DNA of 64,000 bases from Macrostomum lignano (taxonomy: Eukaryota): the NCBI GenBank assembly GCA_002269645.1, contig NIVC01001161.1, forward strand, positions 92,556-156,555. Reading direction: 5' to 3'. Positions 36,195-46,469 of the stretch are shown one piece after another (the first letter of the stretch is position 1; each line of letters starts with the position of its first letter). The notes under the pieces were generated by a model. The model saw only the letters and a program-made list of their open reading frames with translations. It was not told the origin of the DNA and made no database searches. Position numbers and translations under genes: made by a program.

Positions 36195-37790
36195 GATATG
36201 AGAGTAGAGTGAGATTGGAGGGAGATCTAATATGAGATTGGAGAGAGATCTAATATGAGATTGGAGAGGGATCTAATATGCGAGTAGAAGGAGATTTGAG
36301 TGAGATCCAATATGAGAGTAGAGTGAGATTGGAGTGAGATCTAATATGAGAGTAGAGTGAGATTGGAGAGAGATCTAATAAGAGAGTAGAGTGAGATTTG
36401 AGTGAGATCTAATATGAGAGTAGAGTGAGATTGGAGTGAGATCTAATATGAGAGTAGAGTGAGATTTGAGTGAGATCTAATATGAGAGTAGAGTAAGCTT
36501 GTAGTGAGATCTAATATGAGAGTAGAGTGAGATTGGAGAGAGATCTAATATGAGAGTAGAGTGAGATTGGAGTGAGATCTAATATGATAGTAGAGTGAGA
36601 TTGGAGAGAGATCTAATATGAGAGTAGAATGAGATTGGAGAGTGAGATTGCATAAAGATCTAATATGACATTAGAATGAGATTGGAGTAAGATCTAATGT
36701 GAGAGTAGAGTGAGGTTGGAGCGAGATCCAATAAGAGATTAGAATGAGATTGGAAAGAGATCCAATATGAGAGTAGAATGAGATTGGAGTGAGATAGAAT
36801 ACGAGAGTAGAATGATATTGGAGAGAGATCTAATATGAGAGTAGAGTGAGATTAGTGTGAGATCCAATATGAGAGTAGAATGAGGTTCGAGAGAGATCCA
36901 ATATGAGAGTAGTATGAGATTGGAGTGAGATAGAATACGAGAGTAGAATGATATTGGAGAGAGATCTAATATGAGAGTAGAATGAGATTGGAGAGTGAGA
37001 TTGCATAAAGATCTAATATGACATTAGAATGAGATTGGAGTAAGATCTAATGTGAGAGTAGAGTGAGGTTGGAGCGAGATCCAATAAGAGATTAGAATGA
37101 GATTGGAAAGAGATCCAATATGAGAGTAGAATGAGATTGGAGTGAGATAGAATACGAGAGTAGAATGATATTGGAGAGAGATCTAATATGAGAGTAGAGT
37201 GAGATTAGTGTGAGATCCAATATGAGAGTAGAATGAGGTTCGAGAGAGATCCAATATGAGAGTAGTATGAGATTGGAGTGAGATAGAATACGAGAGTAGA
37301 ATGATATTGGAGAGAGATCTAATATGAGAGTAGAATGAGATTGGAAAGAGATCCAATATGAGAGTAGAATGAGATTGGAAAGAGATCCAATATGAGAGTA
37401 GAATGAGATCTAATATGAGAGTAGAGTGAGATTAGTGTGAGATCCAATATGAGAGTAGAATGAGGTTCGAGAGAGATCCAATATGAGAGTAGTATGAGAT
37501 TATAGTGAGATCCAATATGAGAGTAGAATGAGATTGGAAAGAGATCCAATATGAGAGTAGAATGAGATCTAATATGAGAGTAGAGTGAGATTAGTGTGAG
37601 ATCCAATATGAGAGTAGAATGAGGTTCGAGAGAGATCCAATATGAGAGTAGTATGAGATTAGAGTGAGATCCAATATGCGAGTAGAATGAGATTGGAGAG
37701 AGATCTAATATGAGAGTAAAATGAGATTAGAGTGAGATCTAATTTGACAGTAGAGTGAGATTGGAGTGAGAGTGGAGTGAGATTGGAGAG
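36195..37790. repeat. 34-bp minisatellite with a 353-bp higher-order duplication
   Basis: Unit GAGATCTAATATGAGAGTAGAGTGAGATTGGAGT. The variant GCATAAAG occurs at 36650 and 37003. Confidence 0.9.
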
Positions 37791-37822
37791 GTACCATGTA
37801 CAGCATGTATGAGTAGACTGAG

Positions 37823-38108
37823 ACAGAGGCTGTAGACCTCTGTTGCACAGCAGATGCCTACAGTCTGTTACACGGAGGTCTACAGCCTGTTACACAGAGG
37901 CCTACAGTCTGTTACACAGAGGTCTACAGCCTGTTACACAGATGCCTACAGCCTGTTACACAGAGGTCTACAGCCTGTTACACAGAGGCCTACAGCCTGT
38001 TACACAGAGGTCTACAGCCTGTTACACAGAGGTCTACAGCCTGTTACACAGAGGTCTACAGCCTGTTACACAGAGGTGTACAGCGACTACAGCCTGTTAC
38101 ACAGAGGC
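37823..38108. repeat. 22-bp minisatellite (ACACAGAGGTCTACAGCCTGTT), left array
   Basis: Same unit as 46470-48870. Confidence 0.95.
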
Positions 38109-38110
38109 AA

Positions 38111-39035
38111 TGTTGATCTCACCCTGCCAAATACCGCGTGTCACAAGTGGTAGCAGAGCTCAGAATGGCAGAGGGCAGCCACCGCGCTACAGCTACACGA
38201 TGGAGCACCAATCAGGTCGGTCGCTGCTCCGTGCGGACGTGCTGAGTCGACTACCGCTGCCAGAGAGACCAGCAAAGGCACCGACACCAGCCGATGTGAT
38301 GCTAGTCATGCACACGCTTAATGAGGGACCAGTGACTGCCGGAGACATTCGAGCTTTGACTAGAACGGACCCGATCCTGTCCAAAGTTCTGCAGTTCACA
38401 AAGTCCGGCTACTGGCCCGAGCGAGTAACTCAAGAACTACAGCCGGGCTAATCAGCTGAGTGTACAAGATGGCTGTCTCCTCTGGGGCACAAGAGTGGTG
38501 ATACGCGGCTCGCTCGAAGACCAAGTAGCGCGGTTCCTGCTGACATACCGCGTGACGCCACATGCCACGACTGGCACGCCGCCGTGCGAGCTGCTGATGG
38601 GAAGGCGACTGCGCTCTCTGCTCGATCGAGTGCGTCCCGATGTGCCGGCCAGGGTTGCGGTGCAGCAAGCGATGCAGAAGCAGCAGCACGACGTCAACGC
38701 TCCCGATCGCCGCATTGAGGTCGGCGATGCTGTGGTTGCCAGGGACTTCGCTGATGACGGCAGATGGAAGCCGGCGGTGGTGACTGCCAGCTCTGGAGCA
38801 GCGTCGTTCTCGTGCCACTTTGATGACAGCCGGGAGGTCCAACGGCACATCGACCAAGTTCGCAGACCCCCGGATGCTGTACCGGCTGGCGAAGCTCCCG
38901 AGGCTGAGCCGGTCGCAGATCCGCGGTCGCCTACGACACCACGAATGCGAGCGATTTGGCATTGCCGCGGCGCTCGACCAGGATCCGAAGTGAGCCTAAT
39001 CGACTGTGTTACCAGTGACTGTGATTCCGTTATTT
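38111..39035 (+). mobile_element. Internally deleted Ty3/Gypsy LTR-retrotransposon remnant with tRNA-iMet PBS
   Basis: ...TGTCACA-AG-TGGTAGCAGAG (38148-38158) is complementary to the 3' end of animal initiator tRNA-Met. ATG GCA GAG follows at 38166. Then RNase H end RADVLSRLP, LSVQDGCLLWGTRVVI, and integrase C-terminal RFLLTYRVTPHATTGTPPCELLMGRRLRSLLD. Gag, protease, RT and the integrase core are missing. Confidence 0.85.
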
Positions 39036-39909
39036 AGTGCTCTTTGAGTTGCGGACTAAATAGTTTCTTTTAATTCCTGTTTCCTGCTTCTGCAGTTGTT
39101 GGGGAGGTTGCAGTGACTTGGCTTGTGTTGTGTGGGGTGCTGGGGGGTTTGTTGCTTACACTTTACAATCGTGCTGTTTAACTCTCTCCTTCGCTTGTTC
39201 TTTTGTGCGTACGTGCACGTGACTAATATGTCTGTTTTACAGTCCCCAAATTATTGATCGGTTAAAATGCTATTTCGACAAATACATATATGAATGATTT
39301 TATCATGCTATCGCTAAGCATCTTTCTGCCACGCAAACTAAGTGAAGTCTTTACAGGCGAGCCCTGGCAGACGGTGGCGATCGATGTGCTGAAGGTGCCG
39401 ACATCAGACCGAGGCAACAGCTACCTGCTGGTGGCCGGGGCTGTTGCCCCCAGGACCCCGGGTCCTGCACGTAATGGCGTGGTGAACTATCTGTGCAGTA
39501 TGAGACTGGTATGGCCTTTATCCCAGCCAGCGATGCTCACACCTGCCTCCCCTGGCGGGCTGATAGCTCAAGAGACTCTGTCTCCTGATTTTCACCTTGC
39601 AAGGCGCACTTCGAAGGGTACTCGTCCCGTGGGTGTTAAGGCAGGCCCCCTTGGGCCCTGCCGAGCTGATTCGTTGGCGCCGGGTCCTGGTGTGACCATA
39701 AACGCACCCTCTAATGTCCCAGTGTAACTCCGTGCTGATGGACGCTTGGCCAGGGAGTAGTCTGGTCGCTAACGGTTCCCCTTGCGCTTTTGGGTCCCCC
39801 CGCAGGGTGGTATTTTGCTTTTTGGGGGCCTGCCGCTTGGTTTGGGGTTGCGGCCTTGCGGCTCTTTGCCTGTTTTCTGCAGGAAGTCCCACCTTTTTAC
39901 TTCCAGCCA

Positions 39910-41429
39910 ATGGCTTCTAACCGAAGTAACAAACCGGCTGTGGATGACACAGTGCCTCCGGCCTCGGCTGGGGCCGTGGACTCCTCGGCCATACCACCTG
40001 CTACCATCGGGGACGCCTCGGCGAGACCCGTGGAGCCAACTCTGAGCGGTGCCTCCGAGAAGACACCTGCTACTCCAGCTGCTAAGAAACGCAGCACCAC
40101 CTCTGGAGCTGCCCGCCGTCGACTTAACAAGGCGAGGCGGGCCAAGGAGGGCGGAAGCCAAACCGGTGCCAGGGGCCAACGGCCCGCGGCAGCGGAAGCT
40201 TCCCAGTCTGGGGCGGTGGCGGAAGAGGGCCTCGAGCCCACGGAAGCCCCTGCCCAGGATAGGGAGGCCGATGCAGCCGGGAGGGTGGACAGCCCACCTG
40301 AAGAAAGCTCCACTGACCCCCGGGCCTCCTACGCTGATGCGGCAAAGAGGCAACCGGCGGTTGTCATCCTGGGAAAGGACGCGCGCCTGTCTCCCGATCA
40401 GCTGAAGCAGGTGAGAAGTGCCGTTGATGGCCTCCTGTGGAAGCAAACTCTGAAGGGCACGCCTCTGAACATTCATTCGAATGCGACGAGGGACTCGTGC
40501 CTTCTCATTTGGCCCAGTGATGCTGACTCGGGTCGGCGGCTCCTTGAGCTGCTGCCCGAGCAGAGCTGGGACCTCAACCTAGCCTTCTGCAGAGAGGACG
40601 AGCGCCCCCGGACCAAGAGGCATCGAATCTGGGTCCCGGCCAGGAGCGTTGTTACCTCTGCTGACGAGCTCCGGAAAGGACTGCTAGCAGTCAACCGGGA
40701 GCTTCCCGCCGCGGGCCTAGTGGTGCATGACACCCTTAAGCGCACCGACGGCACTGGCTTCACAGCCATCCTGGGGCTGTCGGACGCCTGGATGAGGCGT
40801 TATCCACACGGCAGCTTCATCAACGTCGGCCTTTGGAAGCTGCGCATCCGCTCCTACGAGGCCGACCCTCCCCGTGGCAGTGAGCAGGGCGGGCGGGATG
40901 CGGAGGCGGCCGGGGCCGAGGCGCAAGCCTCTGCTCAGACTGCCAAAGCAAACCGCCCTGCCCGGCAGCACGGCCGCGCGGGCAAAGCTGAGCGCGCTGC
41001 TGAGGGCGGAGGCGACCGACGCCCGGCGCGTAGCACCAAGCGGCGCGGCCTGTACCAGCGTGCAGCTGAGGCAGTCCGTACCGCCAAAATCTCCCAGCTG
41101 AGGCGAGAGGTCGCCGGGACGCCTAGGCGCACCAGTTCGTCCAGGGAGGGTGGGGACGTCCCAGCTGGGCCCAACCCCTCGGGGCAGGGCCGACTGGAGA
41201 CGGACCCGCCTGCCCAGGCGGCTGGCTGCTCCAGGGCATTGGGCCAATCTGAGGCGGAGGACCCCATGGATGGTGGGCAAAGGGCGGCGAACGCTGCCTA
41301 CTGCCTTCCGGCCAATCGGGGCCTTTTGCTGAAGAAGAGCCCATGGACACCGGCGACCCCGACCCGAAGCCGGTGAGCGCCGAGGAGGAGGAGGAACTCC
41401 TGGCGGCTGCAACATCCGATCTGCAATGA
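39910..41429 (+). CDS. LINE ORF1 (gag-like; central domain resembles DUF4780 of LOA ORF1s)
   Basis: ATG at 39910 (MASNRSNK). As assembled it stops at 41376. A -1 shift at GGG 41275-41277 gives an acidic tail PVSAEEEEELLAAATSDLQ ending at TGA 41427-41429. Confidence 0.75.
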
Positions 41430-44400
41430 TGCCAACGACTACCTGGTGTCTGCAGATCAACACCCAGCACTGCGTGGCGGCGTCGGTCAACCTGATGCGC
41501 ACGGCAGAGCAACAGCTTCCGGGCCTGGTCTTCGTACAGGAGCCCTGGATGACTAAAGGTAAGCCAAATAATGTGCCATCTGGCTACCACTGTTTTTGCA
41601 TGGCGGGCTCTCAGCCTCGCCCAAGATCTCTGGTCTTTGCTGCAAAAGCTTTTGAGGCATGGATGAGACCTGATCTCTCGACTGGGGACATCTGTGTTGT
41701 TCAAATCAATAACCTCATTCCCAATAAACCTGTGCTGGTAGCTTCTGCCTATTTCCCGGGCGATGCCCCAGTTGTCTGCGACGCGTTAGTCAACCTTACT
41801 GACTATGCTGCGTCCCATCGGTTCGAGCTGCTCATTGCAGGGGATGTGAACGCACACCACCTGCATTGGGGCAGCAAGAACATCAATAGCAGAGGCGAGG
41901 AGCTGCTGGCCTATGTCAGCAGCACTAACCTCAACTTCTGTAACGTGGGCAATGCACCAACGTTCAATAATGGGCGGTGGGCCGAAGTCATCGACACCAC
42001 CATCGCCTCACCCGGACTGCTTTCCGCAGTTACGGGCTGGCGAGTGTGGGACGAGGACTCGCTCTCGGACCACCGCTTTATCCGCTTTTGCATTGGGCCG
42101 ACCAAGCAAAAGCCTAAGGTCACTTGGAGTCGGAACGTCAGAAACACCGATTGGGCCGCCTTTGGCTCGAAGCTGAGCCGCGGCCTTCGGGATCTTGACC
42201 CCCCAGTGACCTCTCTGACTGCCAGGTGGTGGACGATCTCGCCTCCTCCCTGGGCGGGGCGATCACCACTGCCTTTGAAGCAGCCTGCCCCTAAAGGCCT
42301 ATAAAGGCAAGAAATCTGCTCCCTGGTGGAACCCAGAGCTCGGGGCCCTTCGGCGCCGAGCCAGGACCCTCCAAAGGCGAGCGCTCAAAACCAAAGACCC
42401 ATCTGACAGAGAGGCCTATACCCGTGCGATCCACGAGTTTAAGGGCCAAGTCAGAAGGGCCAAGACGGCCAAGTGGCGCCAATATTGCGAAGGGCTTGAG
42501 GGCTCTCGCCCCGTAGCCCGCGTGGTTAAGGCACTCACTAATGACCGTTTTTCTAAACTCTCTGTTGTGAAGAGACCTGACGGCTCGGTCACAGAGAGTT
42601 CGGAAGAGACTCTAGAGCTCATGCTCAACAGTTTTTTCCCTAAATCTCCGACTCAGCAGGGCCCGCCCGACCACACAGTGGGAGGGCAAGGCCTAGCAAA
42701 GTCTATGATCACCAAAGACCGCATTATTAGAGCGGCAAGGTCCTTTAACCCGTTCAAGGCGCCTGGGCCCGACGGCATCTACCCAGCGTTCTTGCACGAG
42801 GCGGTGAAAAACCACCGCTTCCTGGACCTGCTCTGTCGTCTCCTTCGAGCTTGTATGGAGCTGGGCTATGTACCAGTTGCATGGAGAGAGGCCCGGGTGG
42901 TCTTTATCCCCAAGCCTGGAAAGAGCGACTACCAATCGGTGAAGGCCTTCAGGCCTATCAGCCTCACTTCTTTCTGCCTCAAGCTCCTCGAGAGACTGGT
43001 GCTTTGGCGCCTACTTTCGGTCGAGCTGAAGCGCTTCCCACTCTCGCAGAACCAGCACGCCTTCCGCGCGGGCAGGTCAACCGAGAGTGCTCTCCATGTC
43101 ATTGTTGACTTCCTGGAGAGGGCCGTTCTTGGCAGCGGCTTTGCCCTCTCGCTTTTCCTGGACATTGAGGGGGCCTTCGACAACGTCATCTTCGAGGCCT
43201 TTTGCAGAGCCCTGGAATCCAGGGCCACGCACCCTCACCTTGTCCGGTGGATCATGTTCATGATCCGAAACCGCACTGTTGTGGCCCACCTGAGCGGCAG
43301 CTCTCTTTCGGTGCCTGTCCTGAAAGGGGGCCCCCAGGGCGGCGTTCTCACCCCCGTTCTCTGGAACATGGTCATGGATGAGTTGCTTTGCAGTGATCTC
43401 CACGACCCCATTCTCAAGGTGGGCTATGCCGATGATGTGACCGCGATATGCGCGGGCCCCTCGGTTGATACCATCAGAGACCTTCTGCAGGGCTTTCTGG
43501 GACGAGCGGAGCGTTGGGCAGACCAATGTGGCCTTAGACTCTCAGAGTCGAAAACCACAGCAGTCATGTTTACCAACAAACTGCTCTGGACCATTAAGCC
43601 CCTCACCCTCTATGGAAAGAATATTTCCATGGAGAAGCAGGTCCGCTGCCTGGGCCTCACTCTGGACCACAGGCTTAACTGGACTCCGCACATTCAAACT
43701 AAAGCCAAAAAAGCCCTGGCTGTACTGGCTCAGATCAGGCGCGCCGTGGGCACCACCTGGGGGCTCACCCCCAGGAAGCTGTGGTGGATTTACACTGCCA
43801 TCATCCGCCCCTCGATCAGTTACGCCAGCCTCGTGTGGGCTAGCGGCCTGAGCGTCAAGAGCAACCTCGACGCTCTCTACAAAATCCAGGGCAGAGCCTG
43901 CCGCATGACTATGGGCGCTCCACCCTCTACTCCTTTTGAAGGCATGAATGCCTTCCTCTGCGCCCCTCCTTTGGATATTTATATCAAAGGAGAGGCGGCG
44001 AAGAGCACCCGGCGTCTTCTGGATGCTGGGGTGGCCTTCAAGAAAGTGCGGGCCTTTAAGAAGCGGTCGCTTATCCCGCACTCTGACCTCTGCCTCAAGG
44101 CTCTCGAGGAGTGTGGCGGGCTCAACATCCTCACGGACTCGATCCCAGCCACCCTTCTCCTGAGCCAAAGGTATAAGGTCACCATTCAGCCTCGACACGA
44201 GGCGAGTGACAGCTGGAGCGACTCTGAAGTCCACTGTTACACTGACGGCTCTATGAGGCATGGTCTTTCAGGCTTCGGAGCTTGCGTCTTCTTCAAGGGA
44301 GAAGTGGTGTGGAGCTACTCCCAGCACACTGGGCTCAACTCCAGTGTTTTTCAGAGCGAGGTGCTTGCCATCAGCTCCTGCGCGGCAGAGCTGCGCCGAA

Positions 44401-45128
44401 GGCAGCTTAGCGGCCGGAAATTTATTTTTCACTCTGACAGCCAAGCAGCCCTTCGGGCCCTCTGCCGCAGCACCGCCAGCTCCAGGTCCGTCCTGGACTG
44501 CAACACCCAGCTCAACGGGCTTGCGCTAGGCAACCAGGTGGAGCTCAGATGGATCCCGGGCCACGCCGGCTTCCTCGGCAACGAGCGCGCTGACCTGCTG
44601 GCCAAGGCTGGCTCCGCCGGCGCGCTATTGGGGCCGGGCCCGGGTGCCCCCATCCCCGCCTCGGTGATCAATTCCCGCGTTAAGCGCTGGGCTGACTCCG
44701 AGCATCTCCGCAGGTGGCACGACACCCGGAATTGTAGGCAATCCCGTGCTGCCGTCCCCTGTCCCTCTCCTCTCCTGCGTAGAGCCCTCCTCAGGCTCAA
44801 CCGCAGAGACCTCAGAGCAGTTAGCATGGCCCTCTCCGGGCATGGCTGCTTCTCTCGCCACCGCTTCCTTCAGGGCCAAGTACCCGAGGAGCGGTGCCCC
44901 TTCTGCCGCTCAGGCAGTGAAAACGCCGAGCATTTTATCTGCCACTGCCCGGTTTTCACCAGGGCCAGGCTTACTCACCTCGGGCCAAACCCGGTTCTCT
45001 CCGACGTTTGCAGGCCCGAGAGCATCCCACTGCTCGCCCGGTACCTCAGGGACACCGGACGAGCTGATTTCTTCCCCACCGTCGGTGAGGAGGACCGCGC
45101 TGCAGGCGAGACCGACGGGTCCCCCTGA
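41426..45128 (+). CDS. LINE ORF2: AP endonuclease, reverse transcriptase, RNase H, CCHC finger (two -1 frameshifts)
   Basis: APE: LQINTQH, FVQEPW, IAGDVNAHH, DTT, SDH. RT: FKAPGPDGI, FRPISLTSF, QGGVLTP, GYADD. RNase H: YTDGS, SEVLAI, SDSQAA, WIPGHAG..NERAD. Finger: CPFC..SENAEHFICHC. Shifts at ~42211-42216 and 42288-42291. Confidence 0.92.
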
Positions 45129-46469
45129 GCGACACCACTTCAACGGAAGTCGTTGGTCGCCAGGGGCTAGCGGAATGGGCGGTCTCCTCCGCCTCCTCGC
45201 TGCATCCGCCGGACGCCCCCTGCAGCTAAGTCAAGTACCTGCTGGTGATGCAGGACCAGTTCTCCAAGTTCCTGACCGCCGTGCCGATGCCAGATCAGAC
45301 CGCCAATACGATCGCGGACTCCCTGCTCGGAGTCCCGTCCGTCATCCACTCGGACCAGGGCGCGAACTTCGAGAGCGAGCTGTTCCAGGAGACGCTCAAA
45401 GCACTGGGCATCAGGAAGATCCGCAGGGAAATGGACTGGTGGAGCGCGGCAACAAGTCGCTGCTGAGGCTGCTGAGGCTGTTCGCCGAGACCGAGTTTAG
45501 CTGTGAGGAGCAGCTGCCGCTGGTGGTCCTGTCCTACAACTCCAGCTGGGTCCACAGCTCAACCAAGGCTCTTGCCGCGGGTGCAGAGCAGTGAGCGGCA
45601 GTTCGACATCGGCACCTACTCGGCACTGCTGGAGCGGCGGCTGGCCCGGATCCGCGAGTTCGTCGAGGAGAACCTGCAGCTGGTAGCCGCCGGGCAGCAG
45701 CAGAAGGCGGCTCACGAGAAGAAGGCGGCGGACCTGCCGCAGTTCCCACAAGGCGCCGAGGTGCTGCTTAACATCGAGATGCAGCGCTCGAAGTTGGCGC
45801 CCAACTGGAAGCCGGGCTAGACGGTGCTTGAGCAGCGCGGTCACTGGGTGTGCATCCGCCGCGCCTTCGGCAGCCGGCCGGTCCGTTGGGTGAACGTGAA
45901 CCGGCTGCGCAGGCGGTTTGAAGCCCAGCCCGACTCTGACCAGCTCCGCCAGCAGCCGGTGACCCACCAGGTTGCGCCGGAAACCAGACAGACCGAGCAG
46001 CGGCACCCGGCCAGGCAGCGGCGGCCTCCGGACTTCTTTGGCGTGAGGACTGTGTGAGAGATGCATTCAGATAAATCCCGGAGTCAAACTTGTATGTCTA
46101 TGGTTGAAGTTGGGGATGGGGGTGTGGGGGTGAAGCCCCTGCTGGGGGTGTGGGGGCGAAGCCCCACATTCTTACCATAGACAAAATTTCATTAAGAAAT
46201 TTCTCGAGTCACGAAGCAAGAGAAGAGAGAAGCTCGCTTATTTAGATACATACAATAATCCTTGCAATATGTCCGGGAAAGTGATCGATTAAATCCCGCA
46301 AAATAAAATCTATGTCAATAACCTCCCTGAAAGTGAGCTTTAAAATGGTTTAAGTAGGAATGTACATCTCACTTTATATGTACCGATGCTTGATGCCAAT
46401 AAATATATCGTTCACTGCCCCGCGGGGCTTTCGTGTTTTTGATTTCACACTGCTAAATACCCCATGTCA

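Larger units (their letters stand above)
39434..45235 (+). mobile_element. Full-length non-LTR retrotransposon, LOA/R1-group-like (5.8 kb)
   Basis: 12-bp TSD TACCTGCTGGTG at 39422-39433 and 45236-45247. 476-nt 5' UTR, ORF1, ORF2 (APE-RT-RNase H-CCHC), ~107-nt 3' UTR, no poly(A). The clade is inferred from domain order. Confidence 0.92.
39345..46056 (+). mobile_element. Second Gypsy integrase pseudogene, split by the LINE (pieces 39345-39433 and 45236-46056)
   Basis: GEPWQTVAIDVLKVPTSDRGNSYLLV | MQDQFSKFLTAVPMPDQTANTIADSL..IHSDQGANFES..PQGNGLVERGNKSL covers the rve D-D-E core. The KLAPNWKPG*..VNVNRLRR tail follows. Deletions, frameshifts and stops are present. Confidence 0.9.

Noticed and set aside
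39036-39340. 3' LTR of the first Gypsy remnant
   Set aside because: A purine patch (GGGGAGG ~39101) exists, but there is no similarity to the 38111-38145 stub, so an LTR pair cannot be supported.
39545-39606. GCC-TCCCCT-GGC as an HDV P3/L3 in the LINE 5' UTR
   Set aside because: There is no GG for P1.1 after the putative P1 strand and no convincing P2. It is left to a covariance search.
45186-45235. HDV-ribozyme-like string CCTCCTCGCTG...GG...GCAGCTAA in the LINE 3' UTR
   Set aside because: It matches HDV L3 and R2-type J4/2 words, but P3 is incomplete, P4 cannot form and no P2 partner exists. A simple hairpin explains the region.
40717-45594. Antisense and alternate-frame ORFs over the LINE
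   Set aside because: Shadows of GC-rich coding sequence with no independent motifs.
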